From assembly GCA_964464115.1 (NCBI GenBank), contig CAYXEW010000002.1, positions 488-64,487 on the forward strand: a DNA stretch of 64,000 bases. The letters are read 5' to 3'. The position numbers were made by a program, and so were the translations under genes. Positions 53,951 to 62,517 of this stretch are shown piece after piece (position 1 is the first letter of the stretch; each line of letters opens with the position of its first letter). The DNA is from an uncultured Verrucomicrobiota bacterium. GTDB taxonomy: Bacteria; Verrucomicrobiota; Kiritimatiellia; CAYTQP01; CAYXEW01. The notes beneath the pieces were generated by a model that was not told the origin of the DNA, made no database searches, and saw only the letters and a program-made list of their open reading frames with translations.

Positions 53951-54777
53951 CGTTTCCTCATCCAGAAATCATGATCTTCAACGAGGTCGAGAACACGCTC
54001 TCTCCCGCCCACTATGACAACTTTCTTCTTTTGCTGCACGACGGAGGGTTCCCGGTAGAAGCGATCAGCCTGCATAGCAAAACCGAGCAATCCATGTTTT
54101 TTGCAGGCTTGCATGAAATACTCTGAACAACTGGGCTCGCAGGAGCAGCGCATGGCAATGGCCGAGGAAATCTGTGATCGATAAAAGGTCACAATCCACT
54201 TTGCCACAGGACGCCCAACCGAAAGCCCCTTGCGCTGATGAATGCGTGACTCCGCAAACAGCTCGCCATACCAGAAGTCGCGAGTTGAATTCACCTGCAT
54301 AAAGGTGTCAGCATGGTCTTGCTTGAGTGCCGGATATTCTTCCGTCAAAAGGAATAGACTGCATGCACTATGTAAAAAAAGATCCTGGTTTTGAGCATGT
54401 TTGAATGCCCGCTCGAAGGCCCCGAATGCATCAGCTATCCGACCCCTCCTCCACATTTCACGACCGTAGAGGTAAGCGGCCATCGACATCTCCTCTGGTC
54501 GGTCCGTTTGTGATGCAAGATTGATTAGTGTTGCAAGGGCATGATCCATTGAACGGCCGAGCATCAACCTAGCTTCAGCCCTGATCAGCAGGGCCTTTGG
54601 GCTGTTTACACCCGCTTGAATCATGCGGGAGCTCTCCAGCAGACAGGCTTCCCAGTCTCCCTCTTCATACAGTTCAAGTAACAGCTCTTCAGCAACCGCA
54701 TAAGGCGACAAAAAAAGGATTCCGGCCATTACAGCCGGAATCCTTTTTCTAATCAACTTAGCAACAGTGGAAATCAA
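53947..54777 (-). CDS. Fusion protein: signal peptide + TPR-like domain + C-terminal YidD-like domain (membrane protein insertion efficiency factor fold)
   Basis: C-terminal YRSQISSAIAMRCSCEPSCSEYFMQACKKHGLLGFAMQADRFYR aligns to the YidD core (Y..IS....CRF.P[ST]CS.Y...A....G...G). Confidence 0.6.
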   Translation of the reverse strand: MISTVAKLIRKRIPAVMAGILFLSPYAVAEELLLELYEEGDWEACLLESSRMIQAGVNSPKALLIRAEARLMLGRSMDHALATLINLASQTDRPEEMSMAAYLYGREMWRRGRIADAFGAFERAFKHAQNQDLFLHSACSLFLLTEEYPALKQDHADTFMQVNSTRDFWYGELFAESRIHQRKGLSVGRPVAKWIVTFYRSQISSAIAMRCSCEPSCSEYFMQACKKHGLLGFAMQADRFYREPSVVQQKKKVVIVGGRERVLDLVEDHDFWMRKR

Positions 54778-55067
54778 TAGTATGATGCACCGTATTTTTC
54801 TGCGTAGTCGGCAGACGTCATGCCGTCGTATCCTTCAACACCTGTAATAATGGCAAACACAATATTTACGTAGGGAACCAGCATAACCCATTCACGCCAG
54901 TGGATTTCTTTGCCCTCATTATAATCGCCGGCAGCGCGAACGCCAAAACAGCAACCAGAAATAAGACCCATAATTCCGCCACGACCTGAACCCTTGGCTT
55001 CAGCAACCGGAGCAACAACCAGTGTCAACATTACGGCCACCATCAACAGTGCTACAATTTTCTTCAT
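54774..55067 (-). CDS. Small secreted/membrane protein (signal peptide + 2 hydrophobic segments, CC pair)
   Basis: 97 aa, coupled by ATGA overlap to the YidD-fusion gene. Confidence 0.45.
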   Translation of the reverse strand: MKKIVALLMVAVMLTLVVAPVAEAKGSGRGGIMGLISGCCFGVRAAGDYNEGKEIHWREWVMLVPYVNIVFAIITGVEGYDGMTSADYAEKYGASYY

Positions 55068-55163
55068 ACTCTACCCTCCATATTTAGGTTTGCACTACTT
55101 CGTAATCCTAGTAAACAGATCATTTAATATCAAATAAAGATATGCATTATTTTTACCAACAGC

Positions 55164-55937
55164 TCACTCATATATTTCCTTAAAGGTCTTCACATAGTCC
55201 ACCCCTTTGAGGAAATGATCAGCGATGAACAAGCCTTCCGCAATCGGCTCATTTACGGTCAGATCACTAACCCTCAGCGTTTCACTGCCATCTTCTTTAC
55301 CTATCAGAATCTGTGCATCATGCTTTAAAGGCATCCACAAACCGGACATGATCTCTTTGTACTCTGAATAATCATACCTTGCCTGCATGCGACCCTGCGC
55401 ATCTCCTTCATAGTAGAGAATAGAGGATAGCCTGTTACGCTCATCTGTATTGACTTCTGCGAAAAAACCGTCCCCTTTATAACCGAATGACAGGCCGCCG
55501 GCATCTTTTGGTTTGAGCAACTCTTCTTCCAAACCCTTCAACTTGAGCAGATGATCCATCGGGGTACCCGGCACGCGGCGCAATTCCGCGATCTGCTCCC
55601 CGCTCAACTGCTCAATAGGCCTGGAAAAACCTTTGGGTTCGCCTGTAATATAATAGTAAAAATGTTTGCCATCGGCAATGATCCGCCTCTTTAGAGGTGC
55701 AATATTGTCCACATGTATAAAGTCTCCCCGCTTCCAGTAGATGCGACTCAGGCGGCGCACCTTTTGGTCCCCCACTTCCGAAACCCGACGTATTTTACAG
55801 GACAATGATTCGATGCGGTTATAATTTACGAGCAATCGGTCAATGGCCGTCTCTGCATGAACAGAAATGCAACATAACAAGAGGAGTAAAACGAAACTCC
55901 GAACGGCCTTATTCATTTTCAACAAGTTGTTGCTCAT
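55164..55937 (-). CDS. LolA/LolB-fold outer-membrane lipoprotein carrier-like protein
   Basis: Signal peptide plus RIIADGKHFYYYI-type LolA-like beta-barrel pattern. Start trimmed to MSNNLL; the ORF begins at GTG 55967. Confidence 0.5.
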   Translation of the reverse strand: MSNNLLKMNKAVRSFVLLLLLCCISVHAETAIDRLLVNYNRIESLSCKIRRVSEVGDQKVRRLSRIYWKRGDFIHVDNIAPLKRRIIADGKHFYYYITGEPKGFSRPIEQLSGEQIAELRRVPGTPMDHLLKLKGLEEELLKPKDAGGLSFGYKGDGFFAEVNTDERNRLSSILYYEGDAQGRMQARYDYSEYKEIMSGLWMPLKHDAQILIGKEDGSETLRVSDLTVNEPIAEGLFIADHFLKGVDYVKTFKEIYE

Positions 55938-56129
55938 TTTGCACCCCCAATCTGCACACTCTTTCACCTGTTAACTCAATATATTGCTGTTTTATATCAT
56001 CACTGCAAAAGGCTGACCAGATTAATTCACAGAACCTGCCCATAGTTGACTGCATTCTTTGTGAAACATTAGCTGTTTGCCGGTCAGAAAACTTAAGACT
56101 TTGGCCCAAAGCGGAACTTGTCAACGAAC

Positions 56130-56152
56130 GGGTCGGACCTGTGCAGTTTGTT
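56130..56152. repeat. Copy of GGGTCGGACCTGTGCA(G/A)TTTGTT repeat (island boundary/regulatory motif)
   Basis: 22/23 identical to 58027..58049. Confidence 0.7.
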
Positions 56153-56206
56153 AATTGCTGGGTGTTCATCACGTAGCGTCACTTGACTGGTTAGCATTTT
56201 TTAGTT

Positions 56207-56539
56207 TTAATCGAATTCACTGGAGTTGAACGGGGCCGGTTCAATTTGATGATTAGTCAGAAATCTCATGGGTTGTAGTGAGTGATAATCATCTAGAAAT
56301 TTCTTTGCCATATTATTTAGAGGTTGAGGATTTGAGATTCTCCGAATTTTCCAAATGAACTCATCTCTTAAGTTTTCAATAAACTCGGAGTAGTCCTCTG
56401 ATCCAACATCTAAACTGTACGCTCCACCAATCTGCTTGCACCTCTCAACAAGGTTCATTCCTATTGAAGTTAAGACAAGATCCGAACCTTGGTTCAGTAC
56501 GATGTAATCACGTTCAGCTTTGGTGAATATTATTTTCAT
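56207..56539 (-). CDS. Hypothetical small protein in a low-GC (about 40%) segment
   Basis: Start at MKIIFTKAE. GC well below the neighbours. Confidence 0.45.
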   Translation of the reverse strand: MKIIFTKAERDYIVLNQGSDLVLTSIGMNLVERCKQIGGAYSLDVGSEDYSEFIENLRDEFIWKIRRISNPQPLNNMAKKFLDDYHSLQPMRFLTNHQIEPAPFNSSEFD

Positions 56540-56693
56540 TTTATCTACTGCTAATGCCGCGCTCACCAGTTTGACTGGACGATAGCAGACGCAGTCTGCG
56601 GGAGGCCAGACAAATCTGGTGAAGTGGTCTTGATCTGCGGCACGCAGAGCGAGATCACGAACGCAGTGAGCGCGGCAATGGAGCGCCAGCGGT

Positions 56694-56723
56694 GAAAGCG
56701 GGGTTGAAAGCGGGGGTCGGACC
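56694..56723. repeat. Tandem GAAAGCGGGG units ending in GGTCGGACC, abutting the stop codon of the beta-propeller gene
   Basis: Shares the AAGCGGGGGTCGGACC core with 57995..58036. Confidence 0.7.
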
Positions 56724-57914
56724 TCACGGCTTCGTCAACACAATTCTGTAGACGCGCTCGGTTTCACTCGAAGGCTCGGGGCGTCCCGGGCCGCCCAGGT
56801 CGGCCCATGTGCAAACCACGGAACCGGCGCGTACGGTATCGGCATGGGCCCAGGGTCCGAGAAGGTCGTCCGCCCATTCAATGTCATAGGTCGCGCCCAC
56901 AATGCCTGTCCAACTGATGGCCGTCGTCCGCGAAACCGACACCACAGCGAGCGGGCGATGGTTCCGGTAGATGTTTCCAAACGATCCGGCGGCCCAGACA
57001 TCACCCGGACCTGAACATACCAGACCGTACACCGTGTTGATGTTGGTCGAAAACGTCACATGCGCGCCATCGTAGAAGTACAGGCCTCGATCAACACCGT
57101 TATACCCAAGCCAGACGTTCTCCCCGTTCCAGGAATCCACGATGGCCACGTTTATTGTGTTGGTGCATCCATCAATCGGAATGGTGCTCCACGTCTCGCC
57201 GTTGAAATGGGCCAAGAACCCCTCATCGCCTGCAATCCACACGTCACACACGCTCCTGGCGTGCACGTCGCGCAGATATCGGGAAGGACTCATTTTAAAT
57301 ACCGCTTGCGTGCTCCAGGCGCTGCCGTCATAAAAGTACACAACATTGCTGCCGCTCGGAGGGCTCCCCACGGCCCAGATGTGTTGGGAATCAAGTCCGT
57401 CAATAGCGCTCATTATAGCGGAACCCACGTCGCATTCAATCGCCCAGTCCAGCCCGCCATTGGTCGATCGGATGATATTTCCTGACATGGCGCACAGCCA
57501 CACATTACTCGGGTCGGAAGCATACACATCGTAGACATACGTGCCCACCGCACTCGGCAAATCGCTGAGCTTGGACCAACTACCGGCATCCCGGAAAAAC
57601 ACCGAGTTGGTCGTCGACACAGAACTGCGTCCAACCGTCCAGACATGGTCGACGTCAAGTGCGTAAGCGCCCCGCAGCTCTCCCTGGTCTCCATCGTAAA
57701 AGGCCTGATACTCCTTTGCCCAGGAGGTTCCATCGAACCGATAAATCGCGCCACTCGAAGAATTCCCCCCCATGAACCACACATTGCTCGCGTCCGCAGC
57801 GGCCGATCCCTGCGGATTTAAGTTCGGAATCGTATCAAACAGCTCCCACTCCCCAGCAGAAACCATACACGCAAAAACCCCCGCAACAAACAACAGCATA
57901 AACAACTTTTTCAT
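56724..57914 (-). CDS. Secreted beta-propeller repeat protein (BNR/Ycf48-like repeats)
   Basis: Signal peptide plus about 7 repeats of the (N/D)VW(A/L)xGxxGxI...DGxxW pattern. GC about 58%. Confidence 0.55.
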   Translation of the reverse strand: MKKLFMLLFVAGVFACMVSAGEWELFDTIPNLNPQGSAAADASNVWFMGGNSSSGAIYRFDGTSWAKEYQAFYDGDQGELRGAYALDVDHVWTVGRSSVSTTNSVFFRDAGSWSKLSDLPSAVGTYVYDVYASDPSNVWLCAMSGNIIRSTNGGLDWAIECDVGSAIMSAIDGLDSQHIWAVGSPPSGSNVVYFYDGSAWSTQAVFKMSPSRYLRDVHARSVCDVWIAGDEGFLAHFNGETWSTIPIDGCTNTINVAIVDSWNGENVWLGYNGVDRGLYFYDGAHVTFSTNINTVYGLVCSGPGDVWAAGSFGNIYRNHRPLAVVSVSRTTAISWTGIVGATYDIEWADDLLGPWAHADTVRAGSVVCTWADLGGPGRPEPSSETERVYRIVLTKP

Positions 57915-57938
57915 GTGCGCTCCTTTTTTTGTTTCAGC

Positions 57939-57967
57939 ATTCTATGTGCACAACGGGCGGATGTCAA
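57939..57967 (-). promoter_or_regulatory. Sigma-70-type promoter (TTGACA-17-TAGAAT) for the beta-propeller gene
   Basis: Perfect -35, 17-nt spacer and 5/6 -10 on the minus strand, about 25-50 nt upstream of the ATG. Confidence 0.55.
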
Positions 57968-57994
57968 CGCGAAAACAAGTCCGGCAAATTTGAA

Positions 57995-58049
57995 AAGCGG
58001 GGGTAAGCGGGGGTCGTGAAAAGCGGGGGTCGGACCTGTGCAATTTGTT
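57995..58049. repeat. Three tandem AAGCGGGGGT units followed by CGGACCTGTGCAATTTGTT
   Basis: Units at 57995, 58005 and 58021. Shares its core with 56694..56723 and 56130..56152. Confidence 0.75.
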
Positions 58050-58241
58050 GATAGGTAATAGTTTAGACCAAAACTAGGGGTGTATAGCAACTTAGGGGTA
58101 TGTTTTTCAGCTAAAAAAAGTGTCTTTAAGGAATTTGTCAGGCCAACTACATAGGTCCAAACCCGTTTAACCCGTTGAACCGCGTTTAACACCGTTTACT
58201 TTTAACCACTGGTCAAAGCCGATATTTTTTTGTATCATCGT

Positions 58242-58261
58242 AAAATAATCTAGATTATTTT
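58242..58261. promoter_or_regulatory. Perfect 20-bp palindrome AAAATAATCTAGATTATTTT (putative operator) 59 nt upstream of the AAA+ ATPase gene
   Basis: Flanked by CATCGTAAAA(T/C)AAT direct repeats. Confidence 0.5.
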
Positions 58262-58319
58262 ATAAAACATCGTAAAACAATTCTTGATTTTTTGAGTTCT
58301 ACGGTGCATTTTCTGTGAC

Positions 58320-59537
58320 ATGAAACGGATCTATGAGGAGCTTCTGCGGGAGCATTTTTCTACCGAACGGCAGATGGCCTTCGTGGCCGGCCCGCGTCAG
58401 GTCGGGAAGTCCACCCTGATTGACAGCTTGTGCGGGGAGAACGATTTTTCATTGAACTGGGATTGTCCGAACGATCGGCGCGCAATTCTGAAGGGATCTG
58501 ATTTCATTATTGAGCAGTACGGATTCACCGACTTGGGGGCTTCCCGGTCACGGCGGCTGATCGCGTTTGATGAAATTCATAAATTCCGGCAATGGAAAAA
58601 TTTTCTGAAAGGCTTTTTTGATGCCTGCGAGGACACTGCGTCGGTTCTGGTGACCGGCCGTGCGCGGCTCAATATCTATAAACGGGGCGGGGACAGCCTG
58701 ATGGGGCGCTATTTTCTGTATCGCATGCATCCGCTTTCAGTTGGAGAACTGGTGAACCGTCCGTACGATCCCTGTATTGTCCGGGCTCCCGGAGCGATAT
58801 CAGACGCGGAGTTTGACGCACTTTATCGCTTCGGCGGCTTTCCGGAGCCGTTTCTCCGGGGGACGGATCGCTTCTACAACCGTTGGATCGGATTGCGCAG
58901 CGAGCAGATGTTCCGGGAGGACTTGCGCGATTTGACCCGCGTTCAGGAGATTGATCAGCTCATGACCCTTTCGCAGATTATGCTCTCACAGGCAGGAGCC
59001 ATGGTCAACTACAGCGCATTGGCCAATGAAGTCTGTGTTTCGGTCGATACCATTCGCCGCTGGATGACGCTGCTGGAATCCATCTACTTTTCATTTCGGA
59101 TACGACCCTGGTTCCGGAATGTTTCCAAATCGTTGCGCAAGCAGCCGAAGGTCTATCCGTGGGACTGGAGTCCGGTCAAAGACGAGGGAGCCCGAATTGA
59201 GAGCTTTACGGCATCCCATCTCTTCAAAGCGGTCCATTGGTGGAACGATCTGGGGCTGGGAAAGTTTGAGCTTCATTTCATTCGCGATACAGCGCAACAC
59301 GAGGTCGATTTTCTGATATCGAAAGACGCTGAACCCTGGATGATAGTTGAGGTCAAAAAATCCCCAAAAGAACCGATCAACCTGGCATTGAAACATTTTG
59401 CGCAGGTTCTGAATGTACCGCATGCCTTTCAGGCGGTGATGGAAATGGACGCCGTGGATGCCGACTGTTTTGAGGCATCCCGTCCCGGCACACCATTTCG
59501 GGTTCCGCTTCGGACCTTACTGTCTCAACTTGTTTAA
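58320..59537 (+). CDS. AAA+ ATPase of the COG1373 / AAA_14 + DUF4143 family
   Basis: N-terminal GPRQVGKST Walker A, about 400 aa, typical architecture of the uncharacterised solitary-ATPase family. Confidence 0.7.
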   Translation: MKRIYEELLREHFSTERQMAFVAGPRQVGKSTLIDSLCGENDFSLNWDCPNDRRAILKGSDFIIEQYGFTDLGASRSRRLIAFDEIHKFRQWKNFLKGFFDACEDTASVLVTGRARLNIYKRGGDSLMGRYFLYRMHPLSVGELVNRPYDPCIVRAPGAISDAEFDALYRFGGFPEPFLRGTDRFYNRWIGLRSEQMFREDLRDLTRVQEIDQLMTLSQIMLSQAGAMVNYSALANEVCVSVDTIRRWMTLLESIYFSFRIRPWFRNVSKSLRKQPKVYPWDWSPVKDEGARIESFTASHLFKAVHWWNDLGLGKFELHFIRDTAQHEVDFLISKDAEPWMIVEVKKSPKEPINLALKHFAQVLNVPHAFQAVMEMDAVDADCFEASRPGTPFRVPLRTLLSQLV

Positions 59538-59705
59538 AAGAAGAGAAAATAAGGGATTGATTAAGGGTTTATAGAACCCATCTAACAAAAAGTCTTTGTG
59601 GACGGTCTACATCAATCGTATTCTATTGTAGGCCATTACGTTACGCCTTAAGTTAACGGCATTGGACCCGACCACATATACTTTCTATTACTATAAACGT
59701 TTACC

Positions 59706-60911
59706 CTAAAGTTGGGCTAGAATCTCGGGAAATGGCTCTAGAGCCTGCTTGAGAATACCCAGTGATTTGGCAATGGCAACTCCGTAGTTCGTAATAGGAA
59801 CGCCGGCCGCCTGGCATCGCAAAATGCGTGACAATACCAGCTTTCGATTCAATGTGCAGGACCCGCAGTGAATGACGAGCTTGTATCGCTCCATGTTCTC
59901 TGGAAAATCCAATCCCTGCACATGGGTGAACTCCAATTTTCCACCGACGTACTGCGTCAACCAGCGTGGAATTTTAATACGGCCAATATCTTCACCGATC
60001 GGATGGTGAGTGCAGGCTTCTGCCACCAGTATGTGATCGCCAGGCTTTACTGAGTCAATAGTTTGAGCACCGTCAACAAAGGCCTTCAGGTCGCCTTTCA
60101 ACCGGGCAAAAAGAATAGAAAACGATGTCATTTTTGACTGCGGCGGCATGTCGCCTGCCACTTTAAGAAAGGCCTGTGAATCGGTTATGACGAGTGCGGG
60201 AGGCTCTTTTAATCGATCCAGCGCATCCCGCATTTCACGCTCTTTTACCACCAGCGTGTAACAGTCATGATCCAGTATGTCGCGGATAGTCTGCACCTGA
60301 GGCAAAATCAAACGACCGCGCGGCGCTTCCAAATCAATGGGAACGACCAGCATCAGCAGCGAGCCCGGCGATACTAAATCTCCCACAATGGGCTGTTGAA
60401 TTAGTTTTTCATCGGGGACAGACTTGATCAGTGCCTCCCGCAAATCCAGCAACCCCGTCCCCTGCTTTGCCGATGTGAGCACACAGGGCACTTCCGGTGA
60501 AACCATAGCCCCATCCGACGGTTCAGCGAGGTCTGATTTATTCCAGACCACGATCACCGGTGTATTTCTTGATGCAAGCTCGCTCAGCAGATCCTTTTCA
60601 AAATCACCCCATTGAAAGCCTTCCGTTACAATCAGAGCCACATCCGTTCGATCCAGAGCCCTGCGGGTTTTTTCAATGCGCATCTGACCGAGCGCTCCGA
60701 CATCATCAATACCGGCTGTATCAATAAAGAGAACAGGCCCCAGCGGAAGCAGCTCCATCGGCTTTTCCACAGGATCCGTTGTTGTCCCCGCCTGCTCGGA
60801 AACAATGGAGACGGATTGATTCGTCAGGGCGTTGAGCAGTGATGACTTGCCGACATTTCGTCTGCCGAAAATGCCGATATGCAATCTCATTCCTTTGGGT
60901 GTCTTTTGCAT
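59706..60911 (-). CDS. hydF: [FeFe]-hydrogenase H-cluster maturation GTPase HydF
   Basis: N-terminal GRRNVGKSS GTPase domain plus C-terminal CxH...HCGSC FeS-binding motif. About 400 aa. Confidence 0.8.
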   Translation of the reverse strand: MQKTPKGMRLHIGIFGRRNVGKSSLLNALTNQSVSIVSEQAGTTTDPVEKPMELLPLGPVLFIDTAGIDDVGALGQMRIEKTRRALDRTDVALIVTEGFQWGDFEKDLLSELASRNTPVIVVWNKSDLAEPSDGAMVSPEVPCVLTSAKQGTGLLDLREALIKSVPDEKLIQQPIVGDLVSPGSLLMLVVPIDLEAPRGRLILPQVQTIRDILDHDCYTLVVKEREMRDALDRLKEPPALVITDSQAFLKVAGDMPPQSKMTSFSILFARLKGDLKAFVDGAQTIDSVKPGDHILVAEACTHHPIGEDIGRIKIPRWLTQYVGGKLEFTHVQGLDFPENMERYKLVIHCGSCTLNRKLVLSRILRCQAAGVPITNYGVAIAKSLGILKQALEPFPEILAQL

Positions 60912-61014
60912 AAGATTATTTATCCGCTGATTGCGCAGATTTACACAGATTATGTTTTATATACATTCGTTATCTGTCTCACCATTCAGCACTGGATATT
61001 CCACATACCTATAG

Positions 61015-62403
61015 TCAATGTCCCAACTTGTTTACCGCTTCAGCAGAGGTGAGTTCATCGTACTCTTCAGCACTCATGAGGTTTTTTTCAACGACCAAGT
61101 CTCTTAAAGACGTCGTATGACGTGCCTGCAGCTCTATGGCCAGCTGTTCGCCCTCTTTATAACCAATGCTTGATACCAGTGCGGTTATTGCGGCTGTTGA
61201 AGAATTTACACCTGCACGGCAGTGCCCTTCATCAGCTTTCATACCGTCCACACATTTTTCTTTCAACAAACGGCAGGCTGAACGTAGCAGGCTTAAGCTT
61301 TCAAGCAGTTTGTCCGCCACCAGTGGAAGAAAGGCATTCAGTTCTAAATGCCCCGCAGAGCATGCCTGTGTCACCGCTACATCATTACTCATCATATTCA
61401 CAGCGGCCTGCATAACCGCCTCCGGTATAACGGGATTGATTTTGCCCGGCATGATGGACGAACCGGCCTGCACCGGCGGCAGCGTGATTTCACCAATGCC
61501 GGCCTGCGGGCCGGAGCTCATAAACCGGAGGTCATTTGACATTTTATAAAGGCTCACCGCACAGGCTTTGATAATCCCGCTTACCTCGACATACACATCG
61601 CTATTCTGTGTAGCCTCCACTAGGTTTTCAGCGCGGGCCAGACCAAGGCCGGTGATCTCTTTCAGCTCAGGGACGACCTGAAAGATATAATCTCTTGGAG
61701 CACCAATGCCGGTACCGATCGCGGTGCCACCCAAATTCACTACCCTTAACCGCTCTTCACATTTGTAGATCCGCCAGCGATCCCGTGACAGCGCTTCGGC
61801 ATAGGCCGACATCTCACGCCCAAGGGTGGTAAGCACCGCATCCTGAAACTGCGTTCGCCCCACTTTGACAATATCGGCCCAGTCTTTTTCCTTTTCCTGG
61901 AAGGCCTCCATCAAGGCGATCACTTCAGTCTCCAGTCTTCGCAGGTTTTTAATAAGAGCAATTTTCAGTGCTGTCGGATACGTGTCATTGGTCGACTGAT
62001 GCAGGTTCACGGTGCGGAGCGGGTCCACAATTTCATACTGTCCGAGTTCGTACCCCATGCGTTGCAGCGTGCGGTTTGCGAGCACTTCATTTACGTTCAT
62101 ATTCGTTGACGTCCCGGCGCCACCCTGCAACGCATCCACCACTATATGCGCATCCAGCGCGCCATCCATCATTTCCATGCATGCGTGCTGAAGCTCGATT
62201 CCGACCTGTTCTGTGATAAAGCCCAACCGCCTATTGATATTACAGGCGGCCAACTTAACGGCGCCGTATGCGTGGATCAGATCGGGACGGACGGGGCGAA
62301 GACTCAACGGAAAATTATCGAGGGCTCTGGCTGTATGCGGACCAAACAGCCGTCCCGCGGGGACTTCTACTGTGCCTACTATATCTCGTTCACTGCGCAT
62401 CAT
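61015..62403 (-). CDS. aspA: Aspartate ammonia-lyase homologue (fumarase/aspartase class II)
   Basis: GSSIMPGKINPVIPE signature. Start placed at MMRSERDIVGTVEVPAG after AGGTG; the ORF extends to 62454. Confidence 0.8.
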   Translation of the reverse strand: MMRSERDIVGTVEVPAGRLFGPHTARALDNFPLSLRPVRPDLIHAYGAVKLAACNINRRLGFITEQVGIELQHACMEMMDGALDAHIVVDALQGGAGTSTNMNVNEVLANRTLQRMGYELGQYEIVDPLRTVNLHQSTNDTYPTALKIALIKNLRRLETEVIALMEAFQEKEKDWADIVKVGRTQFQDAVLTTLGREMSAYAEALSRDRWRIYKCEERLRVVNLGGTAIGTGIGAPRDYIFQVVPELKEITGLGLARAENLVEATQNSDVYVEVSGIIKACAVSLYKMSNDLRFMSSGPQAGIGEITLPPVQAGSSIMPGKINPVIPEAVMQAAVNMMSNDVAVTQACSAGHLELNAFLPLVADKLLESLSLLRSACRLLKEKCVDGMKADEGHCRAGVNSSTAAITALVSSIGYKEGEQLAIELQARHTTSLRDLVVEKNLMSAEEYDELTSAEAVNKLGH

Positions 62404-62517
62404 CACACACCTTCGTTGCCATGTGCTCATTATACTCATCTTCAGCCGAACCACAAGTCAGGCAGACTGAAACTATCCAACCACGGCGAACCTGCATATG
62501 GCCATACCTCGCACCAT

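Noticed and set aside
55909-56172. 87-aa ORF on the minus strand upstream of the LolA-like gene
   Set aside because: It overlaps the N-terminus and promoter of the LolA-like gene and covers the repeat element. There are no coding signals.
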